Below are positions 18,410 to 26,775 of a stretch of DNA of 46,557 nucleotides, piece after piece. Source of the stretch: Verrucomicrobiia bacterium (GTDB lineage: Bacteria > Verrucomicrobiota > Verrucomicrobiia > Limisphaerales > UBA11358); contig DATEGR010000067.1 in the NCBI GenBank assembly GCA_035279985.1, positions 1 through 46,557 of the forward strand. Reading direction: 5' to 3'. The position numbers and the translations under genes are program-made. The notes under the pieces are model-generated. The model worked only from the letters and a program-made list of their open reading frames with translations, made no database searches and was not told where the DNA came from. Within the stretch, counting starts at the first letter, position 1, and each line of letters starts with the position of its first letter.

Positions 18410-19738
18410 ATGAAATTTGCCTGTTTCACTTTAGCGATAGCGGCGCTTTTTGCGCCGGGCGTATCACTCGCGCAGAACAGCTTTATCGCCGGGGCGGACT
18501 TTTCCGATCTGAAATTTTTCGAAGCTCGGGGTATTGCCTACAAGGATGGCGGACAGGTTCAGGACGGGATTCAGATTCTCAAAAATCACGGTATTAATTG
18601 TATCAGGCTGCGGCTCTGGACCAGCAGCCCGGCTCAGGCCAGCGCGGACCCATACAACTACGGCAATAATACCAACTACACCGTGCCACTGGCGGTGCGG
18701 GTCAAAAACGCCGGCTTGCAGTTCATGCTGGATTTTCATTATTCCGACACCTGGGCCGATCCGGGTCATCAAACCACCCCGGCGGCCTGGGCCGGCCTGA
18801 CTTTCGTCCAACTGGTGTCGCAGATGCGCACTTACAACAGCAACACCATCGTCGCTTTCGCGGCCGCGGGGGCAATGCCGGACTACGTCCAGATTGGCAA
18901 TGAAATCACCCACGGCATGTTGTGGACCAATGGACAGCTTACGGGCCCGTGGAGCAGTTCCAACCCATCGTGGATCCGGCTCGGCCAATTGATGAATGCG
19001 GCCATCCAGGGAATCGAGGATGCGACGAATGCTACGGGCGCTAAAATGCCTAAAATCATCGTTCATATTGACAGAGGCGGCGACTGGGGCACGACCCAGG
19101 CGTATTTTGAAAACCTGAATGCTCAAGGAGTGCCTTACGATATCATCGGCGAGAGTTATTACCCCTTCTACCATGGATCACCCACAAATCTGAATATTTG
19201 TCTCAGCAATGCAGCGGTTGAATTCGGCAAACCCATCATCGTCGCTGAGGACGCTTTTCCCTACACCAATACTTGTCCGTCCGCCTGGCTTGGCCAGCTT
19301 TTTGGCTATCCGCCTACGCCGGCTGGTCAGGTCAGTTTCATCGCCGCGCTGGCCAGGATTGTGGAAAGTGTGCCCAACCACCTCGGGGCGGGCTTCGTCT
19401 ATTGGGGAGCAGAGTATCAAGCGGCCAGCGGTGTCAATGAAGCCGGTTTCAATACGGCGTCGTTTTTTGATGCCGGTGGCAATGTTCTGCCGGTGGCCAG
19501 CGCCGTTGGCGGAATGGCCGCCCCACTTTTGATCAGCCCCTCGCTGAATGGTTCGAATCTACAGTTACAGTGGCCATTCAGTGGAGCTGCTTTGACCTTG
19601 ACGACCACAACCACCTTGGCGCCTTCAACCGTCTGGTCGTCGGTGCCCAATACGCCCCAAACCACGGGAGCAGTGTTTACCGTCACCCTGCCGGTGGATT
19701 CCAGCCAAACCCGTTTTTACCGCTTGCAACCGAACTGA
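18410..19738 (+). CDS. Glycoside hydrolase family 53 endo-beta-1,4-galactanase with the shared C-terminal FYR-type domain
   Basis: Signal peptide MKFACFTLAIAALFAPGVSLAQ at ATG 18410 (the track ORF starts at 18206, inside the upstream gene). Motifs FMLDFHYSDTWADPGHQTTPAAW and QIGNEITHGMLW. Tail is LQLQWPFSG...TVWSSVPN...TRFYRLQPN. Confidence 0.85.
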   Translation: MKFACFTLAIAALFAPGVSLAQNSFIAGADFSDLKFFEARGIAYKDGGQVQDGIQILKNHGINCIRLRLWTSSPAQASADPYNYGNNTNYTVPLAVRVKNAGLQFMLDFHYSDTWADPGHQTTPAAWAGLTFVQLVSQMRTYNSNTIVAFAAAGAMPDYVQIGNEITHGMLWTNGQLTGPWSSSNPSWIRLGQLMNAAIQGIEDATNATGAKMPKIIVHIDRGGDWGTTQAYFENLNAQGVPYDIIGESYYPFYHGSPTNLNICLSNAAVEFGKPIIVAEDAFPYTNTCPSAWLGQLFGYPPTPAGQVSFIAALARIVESVPNHLGAGFVYWGAEYQAASGVNEAGFNTASFFDAGGNVLPVASAVGGMAAPLLISPSLNGSNLQLQWPFSGAALTLTTTTTLAPSTVWSSVPNTPQTTGAVFTVTLPVDSSQTRFYRLQPN

Positions 19739-19855
19739 CCGGAGGCAACCGGCAGAGAGATGGATTCCGTGGCAAAAATTTGAATTTAGACGGAATCCAA
19801 CCGATCTCCGATTATTTTGCAAATTGTTGCTGCTCAGTTAGGCTGATGGCAGCCT

Positions 19856-20227
19856 ATGAAAAGGAACATTCGCTCCGCCGCCCGACCGGAGCTGCGCCCG
19901 CGCTTCCGCATCGCCTGTGGAACAAGAATCGCTTTTGGGCCCGGCAAAGCGGATTTGCTGGAGCAAATAGCAGAAACCGGTTCCATCGTCGCGGCTGCCG
20001 CACGCATGGGCATGTCCTATATGCGCGCCTGGTCACTCATCCAGGAAATGAACAAATGCTTTAAACAATCGGTCATTAAAGCCGCCCGCGGCGGTCATGA
20101 GCACGGTGGCGCGGAATTGACTCCGGCAGGGCGCAAAGTGCTGGCATTATACCGGCAGATGGAACACGACAGTCTGAAGGTGATTCGGGTGGACTGGCGG
20201 GCCCTGCAAAAACTGTTGCGTGTATAG
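19856..20227 (+). CDS. ModE-like winged-helix regulator, N-terminal DNA-binding domain only (no Mop domains)
   Basis: 123 aa. GPGKADLLEQIAETGSIVAAAARMGMSYMRAWSLIQEMN ... GGAELTPAGRKVL matches the ModE N-terminal HTH family pattern. Sits immediately upstream of a ModE-box-like palindrome and modABC. Confidence 0.7.
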   Translation: MKRNIRSAARPELRPRFRIACGTRIAFGPGKADLLEQIAETGSIVAAAARMGMSYMRAWSLIQEMNKCFKQSVIKAARGGHEHGGAELTPAGRKVLALYRQMEHDSLKVIRVDWRALQKLLRV

Positions 20228-20267
20228 CTGAAACCATGTGCCCTTCCCGGACAAATGGAAAATAAGT

Positions 20268-20291
20268 CGTTATATTTGACAAAGTATAACG
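20268..20291 (+). promoter_or_regulatory. ModE-box-like palindromic operator CGTTATA-N10-TATAACG
   Basis: Perfect 7-10-7 inverted repeat CGTTATATTTGACAAAGTATAACG. Its 24-nt length and CG-n-TATAT-type half-sites resemble the proteobacterial ModE operator. A TTGACA hexamer sits in its centre. It ends 19 nt before the first gene of the mod operon. Confidence 0.55.
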
Positions 20292-20309
20292 GTCCGGTAA
20301 GTTCGCCCG

Positions 20310-21212
20310 ATGCGAATGATCAAGGGTCGGATTTTTCCCGATATTTCAGTCAACTTACTGCTGTGGGCGCTGATGGCGGTGGTGCCCTGTCGGGCCGATG
20401 GCCTTGAAGGCAACGGTCAGAGGGTTCCGCCCGCTGCGTCACCGGCGGAAAAGTATTTCAGCGACTGGTTTGCGCGCGTGTCCAGAACCCAGGCGGAGCA
20501 GCCGCATTGGATCACCCCGCTGGTGACTGTCACGCCCCGCCTGGAACAGGAACTTCGTTATGACCAGTCATGGGAAACCGTGCCGGGAGGTGCTACTTTG
20601 AAAAGTTTCGGCGGCGGCAAAGGACTGGAGCTGATCCCGGCGGAACCCATCGAGCTGATTTTTGGGGTGCCGGCGTGGGAATCCGAAGACACCTCGCCGC
20701 ACAAGCAAGGCTGGGCCGATGAGAGCTTCCTGCTTAAATACCGCTTCTTGTCCGCCAATGAGGAAGCAGGCAACTACATCCTCACGGCGTTCCTGGGTCT
20801 TTCAGTGCCCACCGGGAGTGCCGACTTCACAACCCATCACTATGCCGTCACTCCCACCATCGCCTTTGGCAAAGGCTGGGGCGATTTCGATTTCCAGACA
20901 ACTTTCGGCGTGTCCGTGCCTGATGAGGGCAGCGCGCCGGCTGGCGCAGGAACGCCGCTATTGCTGAACACGGCGTTTCAATATCGGGTGATGAAAAATC
21001 TTTGGCCGGAAGTGGAAGTCAATTACACTCACTGGCCCAATGGCAAACACGATGGACTGGACCAGGCTTTCATTACCCCGGGGCTGGTGGTTGGGAAAAT
21101 TCCCATCGCAGGTCGCGTGGGACTGACTGTGGGGGCGGGCTATCAGGCCGCCGTGACCGACCATCCGCTTTATCGCCACAATTTTATCCTGACCGTGCGG
21201 GTTCCATTTTAG
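20310..21212 (+). CDS. Putative outer-membrane beta-barrel channel (MetA-pathway/transporter-like fold), first gene of the mod operon
   Basis: Signal peptide. Alternating hydrophobic beta-strand pattern. C-terminal aromatic residue (FILTVRVPF). About 300 aa. Only 9 nt separate it from modA. Confidence 0.5.
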   Translation: MRMIKGRIFPDISVNLLLWALMAVVPCRADGLEGNGQRVPPAASPAEKYFSDWFARVSRTQAEQPHWITPLVTVTPRLEQELRYDQSWETVPGGATLKSFGGGKGLELIPAEPIELIFGVPAWESEDTSPHKQGWADESFLLKYRFLSANEEAGNYILTAFLGLSVPTGSADFTTHHYAVTPTIAFGKGWGDFDFQTTFGVSVPDEGSAPAGAGTPLLLNTAFQYRVMKNLWPEVEVNYTHWPNGKHDGLDQAFITPGLVVGKIPIAGRVGLTVGAGYQAAVTDHPLYRHNFILTVRVPF

Positions 21213-21221
21213 CGGGAATTT

Positions 21222-22019
21222 ATGACAAACCACCGATCCTCCTCGCGGCAGCGAACGGGAAGGATATACCTGTTCTCCCTGGTTATCTGGGCGGGTACCT
21301 TCTTGCTGCCACTGCATTCCGCCTCCTCCAAAGAAGTCATGGTCTTTGCTGCTGCCAGTTTGACCGATAGCCTGAAACAAATTGCCGCCGCCTACAAAAA
21401 AACATCCGGCGATGCCATCACGTTCAACTTCGGCGCCTCCAGCACGCTGGCGCGGCAAATCAAAGCCGGCGCGCCCGCCGACATTTTCTTTTCCGCTGAC
21501 GAAGCGCAAATGAACGCGCTGGCGAAGCGAGGATTGATCAACCCCGCCACGCGCAAGGACCGCCTGGGCAATTCATTGGTCGTCGTCACCCCCCAAGCCA
21601 GTTCGCTGCAAATCACATCAGCGAACGATCTTACCAATGCCGGCATCAAACGCCTCGCGCTCGCCGATCCCGGGGCCGTGCCGGCGGGCGTTTACGCCAA
21701 AGCCTGGCTGGGAAAACGACACCTCTGGTCGGTCATCGAGCCGAAAGTTATTCCGACGGAAAATGTCCGTGCCGCGCTCGCTGCCGTCGCGTCCGGTAAC
21801 GTGGACGCCGGGGTCGTCTATAAAACCGATGCCGTCATCTCCAAACGCGTCAAAATCGCTTATGAAGTTCCGCGCGCTGATGGTCCGGACATCCGTTACC
21901 CGATGGCCTTGGTGAAGGGCTCGCCACAACCCGAGGCCGCCAAAAAGTTGCTGAACTACCTTACCTCCGAAGAAGCTGGACAGGTCTTCACGCGGTATGG
22001 CTTCCTGTTACGGCAATGA
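21222..22019 (+). CDS. modA: Molybdate ABC transporter substrate-binding protein
   Basis: VFAAASLTDSLKQIAAAYKKTSGDAITFNFGASSTLARQIKAGAPADIFFSADE is a typical ModA sequence. Followed by modB and modC. Confidence 0.9.
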   Translation: MTNHRSSSRQRTGRIYLFSLVIWAGTFLLPLHSASSKEVMVFAAASLTDSLKQIAAAYKKTSGDAITFNFGASSTLARQIKAGAPADIFFSADEAQMNALAKRGLINPATRKDRLGNSLVVVTPQASSLQITSANDLTNAGIKRLALADPGAVPAGVYAKAWLGKRHLWSVIEPKVIPTENVRAALAAVASGNVDAGVVYKTDAVISKRVKIAYEVPRADGPDIRYPMALVKGSPQPEAAKKLLNYLTSEEAGQVFTRYGFLLRQ

Positions 22020-22690
22020 CGGCCGTGGAATGGCAGATTGTCGGATTCACGGTGTGGGTAGCTGCGCTGAGCACGGTTGTGATCCTGCCGTTTGGTTTGG
22101 CGCTTGCCTGGGCGCTGGCGCGAGGCAATTGGCCGGGCAAATCTCTCGTGGAAACCATCGTCACGCTGCCGCTCGTCATGCCGCCCGTGGCGGTCGGTTT
22201 GATCCTGCTTCAAGTTTTCGGCCGGCGCGGTCCGGTCGGCGGTTTTCTGCATGACCGCCTCGGCCTCGATATCATCTTCACCTGGCGGGCGGTGTTGCTG
22301 GCGCTGAGTGTGATGTCGGTGCCGCTGCTGATCCGCTCCGCGCGTGTAGCGTTTGAAGAGGTCAACCCGCGTTTGGAGCAGATCGCTCGCACCCTCGGCG
22401 CCGGTGGCTGGCGCGTTTTTTTCACCATTACCCTCCCGCTGGCCGCGCGCGGCATCGTCGGTGGCATGCTCCTCGCGTTCGCCCGCGCGCTGGGCGAATT
22501 CGGCGCCACCATCATGGTTGCCGGTTATCTGCCGGGCAAAACCGCGACGATCTCCCTTGCCATTTTTGAAAACGTGCAACTCGGCCAGGACGCTCACGCT
22601 TTCCGCCTGCTGGGTGTCTCGGTCGTACTGGCCTTCGCCGCCGTCTGGTGCAGCGAATTTTTCCTGCGCCGGAAAAAAGCAAGAGCATGA
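22016..22690 (+). CDS. modB: Molybdate ABC transporter permease
   Basis: Multi-TM protein with ModB-like TLPLVMPPVAVGLILL and the EAA-loop region ARTLGAGGWRVFFTITLPLA. ATGA overlap with modA. Confidence 0.9.
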   Translation: MTAVEWQIVGFTVWVAALSTVVILPFGLALAWALARGNWPGKSLVETIVTLPLVMPPVAVGLILLQVFGRRGPVGGFLHDRLGLDIIFTWRAVLLALSVMSVPLLIRSARVAFEEVNPRLEQIARTLGAGGWRVFFTITLPLAARGIVGGMLLAFARALGEFGATIMVAGYLPGKTATISLAIFENVQLGQDAHAFRLLGVSVVLAFAAVWCSEFFLRRKKARA

Positions 22691-23751
22691 GTCTGCTTCT
22701 GAAAAACATTTCGCTGCCGCTCGCCGGTTTCACGCTCGAGGTTGACATCGAGGCGCGTAACCGGGTCACGGCCGTTTTTGGTCCTTCCGGTGCGGGCAAA
22801 ACGTCGCTGCTCGATCTCATCGCCGGATTGCGGACCGCGCATTCGGCATTCATCCAGCTCGACCAGACCGTTTTGGCTGACACGGCAAAAAATGTTTTCG
22901 TGCCAACGCGCCGGCGGGGCATCGGCTACGTGCCGCAGGACCTCGCGCTGTTCCCGCATCTGTCTGTCCGGCAGAATCTGCTTTACGGCCAGCATCCCCG
23001 GGCCACCGGCCCGTGGTTCACCCTTGAACACGTGGCCGAAGTGCTGGAAATCCAGCCGTTGGTTGCACGCAGCGTGACAGAGCTTTCCGGCGGCGAAAAA
23101 CAACGCGTCGCCCTCGCCCGCGCTCTTCTCGCGTCGCCGCGCCTGTTGTTGCTGGACGAGCCACTCGCCAGTCTCGACGTGGCTTTGAAGGAAAAAATCA
23201 TTCCTTACCTCGCCCGCGTCCGCGACGAATTCCGGATTCCGATGCTGTGCGTGACGCACGATCGCTTCGAGGCCCTCACGTTGGCGGACGAGCTTGTCGT
23301 TTTGGTCCACGGCAAGGTCATGCAAACCGGGCCGGTGGCCGACGTCTTTGCCCGTCCGGCCAACGCGGAAGTTGCCAAATTTGTCGGCGTGGAAACTCTG
23401 CAACCCGGGCAGATCACGGGCATCAACGAAGGGCTCGCCACCGTGAGCCTCAATCGCGTCACGCTCACCGCCCTGGCGCCCGCGACACCGGCCCGTGCGG
23501 TTTTTGTCTGCATTCGCGGCGAGGACGTGGTGCTTCAGCGCGACGTGGCCATAAGCAGCGTGCGCAATCGCCTGCCTGCGGAAATCGTTTCCTTCCGGCC
23601 AGCGGGCGCGCTCGTACGCGTTGAGCTGGACGCTGGATTCCCCTTGTTCGCGCTGGTGACGCGCGCGGCCTGTGCCGAACTGGCCTTGCGCGAGGGCGAA
23701 ACCATCACCGCCCTCATCAAAACCCCGGCCATCCATCTTGTGCCGCGCTGA
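22687..23751 (+). CDS. modC: Molybdate ABC transporter ATP-binding protein with C-terminal Mop/TOBE-like domain
   Basis: Walker A GPSGAGKTS, signature LSGGEKQRVALARAL, Walker B LLLLDEP. ATG 22687 overlaps the modB stop (ATGA); the track start 22648 lies inside modB. Confidence 0.9.
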   Translation: MSLLLKNISLPLAGFTLEVDIEARNRVTAVFGPSGAGKTSLLDLIAGLRTAHSAFIQLDQTVLADTAKNVFVPTRRRGIGYVPQDLALFPHLSVRQNLLYGQHPRATGPWFTLEHVAEVLEIQPLVARSVTELSGGEKQRVALARALLASPRLLLLDEPLASLDVALKEKIIPYLARVRDEFRIPMLCVTHDRFEALTLADELVVLVHGKVMQTGPVADVFARPANAEVAKFVGVETLQPGQITGINEGLATVSLNRVTLTALAPATPARAVFVCIRGEDVVLQRDVAISSVRNRLPAEIVSFRPAGALVRVELDAGFPLFALVTRAACAELALREGETITALIKTPAIHLVPR

Positions 23752-23772
23752 AACTGCTGCTAAAAACTTCCC

Positions 23773-24012
23773 ATGCGCGTGCTTTTTTTCACCCAACTCA
23801 AGGACGCCACCGGTTGCGATTCGGTTGAACTCGCGCCAGCCTCGCCGCTGAACGGCGAACAGCTTTGGGCGGAATTGCTGAAGCAGTTTCCAAAGCTTGC
23901 GGCATATCGATCCTGTGTCCGGCTCGCAAAAAATTACGAGTACGCCGCGCCCGAAACAACATTTGTCAACGCCGACGAGGTGGCATTGATTCCGCCCGTG
24001 TCGGGTGGCTGA
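23773..24012 (+). CDS. moaD: Molybdopterin synthase sulfur-carrier subunit
   Basis: 79 aa with ubiquitin-like size and a C-terminal Gly-Gly (IPPVSGG). Lies next to the MoaE domain gene. Confidence 0.8.
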   Translation: MRVLFFTQLKDATGCDSVELAPASPLNGEQLWAELLKQFPKLAAYRSCVRLAKNYEYAAPETTFVNADEVALIPPVSGG

Positions 24013-24021
24013 ATTTCTCGC

Positions 24022-25755
24022 ATGAATAGCGAAATCCAAATCACGCGCGGGCCGATACCGGAGAACATTTCGCCGCCACCGTCAATGGAGACGCACGGTG
24101 CGTGGCTGGAATTTCGGGGTGTCGTTCGCGGCGAGGAAAATGACCAGGCCATTTCCGCCCTGGAATATGAGGCCTATCCCGAAATGGCTGTACGCGAAAT
24201 CCGGCGGCGGCTTGAACAAATTTCATCGCGGCATCCGTGTCTCGCGGCGAAAGTCATTCATCGCGTCGGCGTCATTCCGGTGGGTGAGACGGCGATTTAC
24301 GTTGGCGTTGCGGCCAGTCACCGTGGCGAGGCCATTGCTCTGCTCGCGGAATTCATGGATCGGCTGAAGCAGGACGTGCCCATCTGGAAACGGCGGGCGT
24401 TGCCGGTCGAAGCTGAATCAAAAGAAAATCGCGCGCCCCTCGCCCCATCGCTCTCCCCGCCGGGCGGGGAGAAGGTGGCCGCAAGGCCGGCTGAGGGGAA
24501 ATCGGCGGCTAAACCTTCACGGATGTCCCTGGAGGAGGCGCTGGCTGAAATCGTTTCCCGTTGCCAGCCTCGGCCCGCGATGCGCGTGCCGCTGGCCGAG
24601 GCCTTTGGCCGTGTGCTGCGCGAAACCGTTTGTGCCTCCGAAGATTTTCCCGATTGCGACCGCTCCACCCGCGACGGTTATGCGATTTTGCAGAACGACG
24701 ATTCAGAATCTTTCCGGGTCGTGGACACGCTGCACGCCGCCGATTGGCAGCCGCGCGCGTTGAAGGCCGGCGAAACCGTCCGCGTTGCTACCGGTGCATC
24801 TCTGCCGTGCGAAAATTTACAGGTGGTCATGCAGGAAAATGTCGAACGCACGGGCGACAAAATCCGGATCGTCAGGCACGAAGAGGCTTTGAACCTGCGC
24901 CAACGCGGCGAAGATGTCAGGGCAGGGCAGCCGCTCGTGCAAACGGGCGCGCGGCTCGATGCGGGCAAACTCGCTTTGCTCGCCTCTGCCGGTTGTACTC
25001 AACCGCTGGTCAGCCCGCGTTTGCGCGTGGTTCATTTCACGACCGGCGATGAGATCATACCGCCGGAACAAACCCCCCGGCCGGGCCAGATCCGTGACAG
25101 CAATTCCATTTTGATCCGCAGCCTGCTCCAGGGATTCTCCGGCGACCTGGAACAGGCGCATTTGCCGGAAAATTTCGAACTGGCGAAATCGGCAACCGGC
25201 AATCGGCAACCGGCATTCGAAAATTCGGACCTGCTTCTGGTTTCCGGCGGCGCCAGTGTGGGCGACAAGGATTTCACGCGTTCATTGCTGGAATGGCTCG
25301 GCTTTGAAATCATTTTTTCGCAGGTCAATGTTCGTCCCGGCCGGCCATTGATTTTTGGAATCGCCGGTGGGGCGAGCGTCCCCGCTAGCCGGCTCGTCAA
25401 TAGCCTCGCCCCACCGGATAAAATCCGTATTGCCTTTGGGTTGCCTGGCAATCCCCTGTCGCATTTTGTTTGCTTTCATCTGTTCGTGGCGTCGGCTCTG
25501 GCCAGACTGGCTGGCGGCGAGGGGCCAACCTTCCAACGCGGAACGCTGGCGGCGAAGCTTGAAGACGGGCCGAATCCGCGCGAAACTCTATGGCCGGCCC
25601 GGCTGGATACGGCGGGTTTGCATCCGCTGGCCTGGGCGAGTTCCGGCGATGTGACCTGTTTGGCCGAAACCAACGCCTTGATTCTGGTGTCGGCGAATCG
25701 GGGTTCCCTTGAACCAGGCACCGAAGTCGAGTTTTTGCCGACAACCATCGAATAA
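24022..25755 (+). CDS. moaE-moeA: Fusion protein: MoaE (molybdopterin synthase catalytic subunit) + MoeA (molybdopterin molybdotransferase)
   Basis: Residues ~20-125 are MoaE-like (GAWLEFRGVVRGE ... HRVGVIPVGETAIYVGVAASHRGEA ... DVPIWKR). Residues ~125-167 form a low-complexity linker. The remainder is MoeA-like (LEEALAEI ... DCDRSTRDGYAI ... LLLVSGGASVGDKDF ... GLPGNPLS). Single uninterrupted 577-aa frame. Confidence 0.8.
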   Translation: MNSEIQITRGPIPENISPPPSMETHGAWLEFRGVVRGEENDQAISALEYEAYPEMAVREIRRRLEQISSRHPCLAAKVIHRVGVIPVGETAIYVGVAASHRGEAIALLAEFMDRLKQDVPIWKRRALPVEAESKENRAPLAPSLSPPGGEKVAARPAEGKSAAKPSRMSLEEALAEIVSRCQPRPAMRVPLAEAFGRVLRETVCASEDFPDCDRSTRDGYAILQNDDSESFRVVDTLHAADWQPRALKAGETVRVATGASLPCENLQVVMQENVERTGDKIRIVRHEEALNLRQRGEDVRAGQPLVQTGARLDAGKLALLASAGCTQPLVSPRLRVVHFTTGDEIIPPEQTPRPGQIRDSNSILIRSLLQGFSGDLEQAHLPENFELAKSATGNRQPAFENSDLLLVSGGASVGDKDFTRSLLEWLGFEIIFSQVNVRPGRPLIFGIAGGASVPASRLVNSLAPPDKIRIAFGLPGNPLSHFVCFHLFVASALARLAGGEGPTFQRGTLAAKLEDGPNPRETLWPARLDTAGLHPLAWASSGDVTCLAETNALILVSANRGSLEPGTEVEFLPTTIE

Positions 25756-25757
25756 TT

Positions 25758-25781
25758 GTAGCAGCGGACGTGAGTCCGCTC
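25758..25781. repeat. REP-like element: GTAG followed by a hairpin (AGCGGAC-GTGA-GTCCGCT)
   Basis: GTAGCAGCGGACGTGAGTCCGCTC lies 3 nt after the moaE-moeA stop. 7-bp stem with a GTGA tetraloop and no U-tract. Confidence 0.4.
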
Positions 25782-25833
25782 TAACCTTTCGACGAAGATT
25801 CGAGAATGAGCCGTTCACATCGGCTGCTGCGAA

Positions 25834-26286
25834 GTGAAAACACATACTTTTTCGCATCTGGACGAAGCCGGCGGTGCGCGCATGGTCAATGTCGGCCACA
25901 AACCGGTGCAGCGCCGCCGCGCCATCGCTGAAGGCAGATTGATTTGCCAGCCCACAACCATTCGCGCCCTTAAAAAGAACGCGCTGCCTAAAGGTGATGT
26001 TCTGACTGTGGCGCAAATCGCCGGCATTCAGGCGGCCAAGCGGACCGGGGAGCTGATTCCACTATGCCATCCGCTGGCGCTCAACCACGTAGAAATAAAA
26101 TTTCGTGTCCGGGCTGCGGCCATCGAAATTGTTTGCACGGCGGAAACGCATTCGCAGACCGGTGTCGAACTGGAAGCGCTGACCGGCGTCAGTGTCGCGG
26201 CGTTAACGCTTTACGATATGTGCAAGGCGGTGGACAAAACAATGCGCATCGGGGACATTCATCTTGTGAAGAAAATCAAGGAATGA
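25834..26286 (+). CDS. moaC: Cyclic pyranopterin monophosphate synthase
   Basis: THLDEAGGARMVNVGHK ... LIPLCHPL ... TGVELEALTGVSVAALTLYDMCKAVDK are classic MoaC motifs. GTG start as given in the track. Confidence 0.9.
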   Translation: MKTHTFSHLDEAGGARMVNVGHKPVQRRRAIAEGRLICQPTTIRALKKNALPKGDVLTVAQIAGIQAAKRTGELIPLCHPLALNHVEIKFRVRAAAIEIVCTAETHSQTGVELEALTGVSVAALTLYDMCKAVDKTMRIGDIHLVKKIKE

Positions 26287-26771
26287 AAATCGGGCGCATC
26301 ACCGTCAGCGACCGCGCCTCGGCCGGGATTTACGAGGACCGCAGCGGGCCGGAGATCGAGAAGGTCTTGAGGGAGTTTTTGGGCAGCGAGGCAACATTTG
26401 AACCGGTGGTGGTGCCGGATGAAGTGGAAAAAATTTCAGGAACATTGAAAAAATTCGCGGATGAATTAAACTGTGATTTGGTTGTGACAACGGGAGGCAC
26501 AGGAATTGCCGCCCGCGACGTAACGCCGGAGGCGACCCGCCCGATTTTGGAAAAGGAATTGCCGGGTTTCAGCGAGGCAATGCGGATGCAGTCGCTGGCC
26601 AGGGTGAAAACGGCGATATTATCGCGTGCGCTGGCTGGCACCCGCGGGAAAACGTTGATTGTTAATCTGCCGGGCAAGCCTTCGGCGGTTCGCGAGTGTC
26701 TGGAGATTCTCGCGCCGGCGATCCGCGAGGGCATGGCCCATTTGCGGGGCGAAGACCCGCACACAACATGA
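26283..26771 (+). CDS. mog: MoaB/Mog family molybdopterin adenylyltransferase
   Basis: MKIGRITVSDRASAGIYEDRSGP ... LVVTTGGTGIAARDVTPEAT ... LPGKPSAV. ATG 26283 overlaps the moaC stop (ATGA); the track start 26064 lies inside moaC. Confidence 0.85.
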   Translation: MKIGRITVSDRASAGIYEDRSGPEIEKVLREFLGSEATFEPVVVPDEVEKISGTLKKFADELNCDLVVTTGGTGIAARDVTPEATRPILEKELPGFSEAMRMQSLARVKTAILSRALAGTRGKTLIVNLPGKPSAVRECLEILAPAIREGMAHLRGEDPHTT

Positions 26772-26775
26772 GAAA

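Noticed and set aside
19762-19798. 9-bp perfect stem GGATTCCGT / ACGGAATCC downstream of the second GH53, and an AT-only hairpin CTTTTT-GGAG-AAAAAG near 29811 after the kinase gene
   Set aside because: The first has a 19-nt loop and no adjacent U-tract. The second has a weak A/T-only stem. Neither is strong enough to call a terminator.
20228-20309. Looked for a molybdenum-cofactor riboswitch upstream of the mod and moa genes, also at 23752-23772 and 25756-25833
   Set aside because: The spacers are only ~20-80 nt, too short for the ~130-nt Moco RNA motif. I could not find its conserved stems. The palindrome present fits a protein operator instead.
22594-24039. 481-aa minus-strand ORF across modC and moaD
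   Set aside because: It is antisense to genes with Walker A/B and ABC signature motifs and a MoaD GG terminus. Its composition is typical of GC-driven shadow ORFs.
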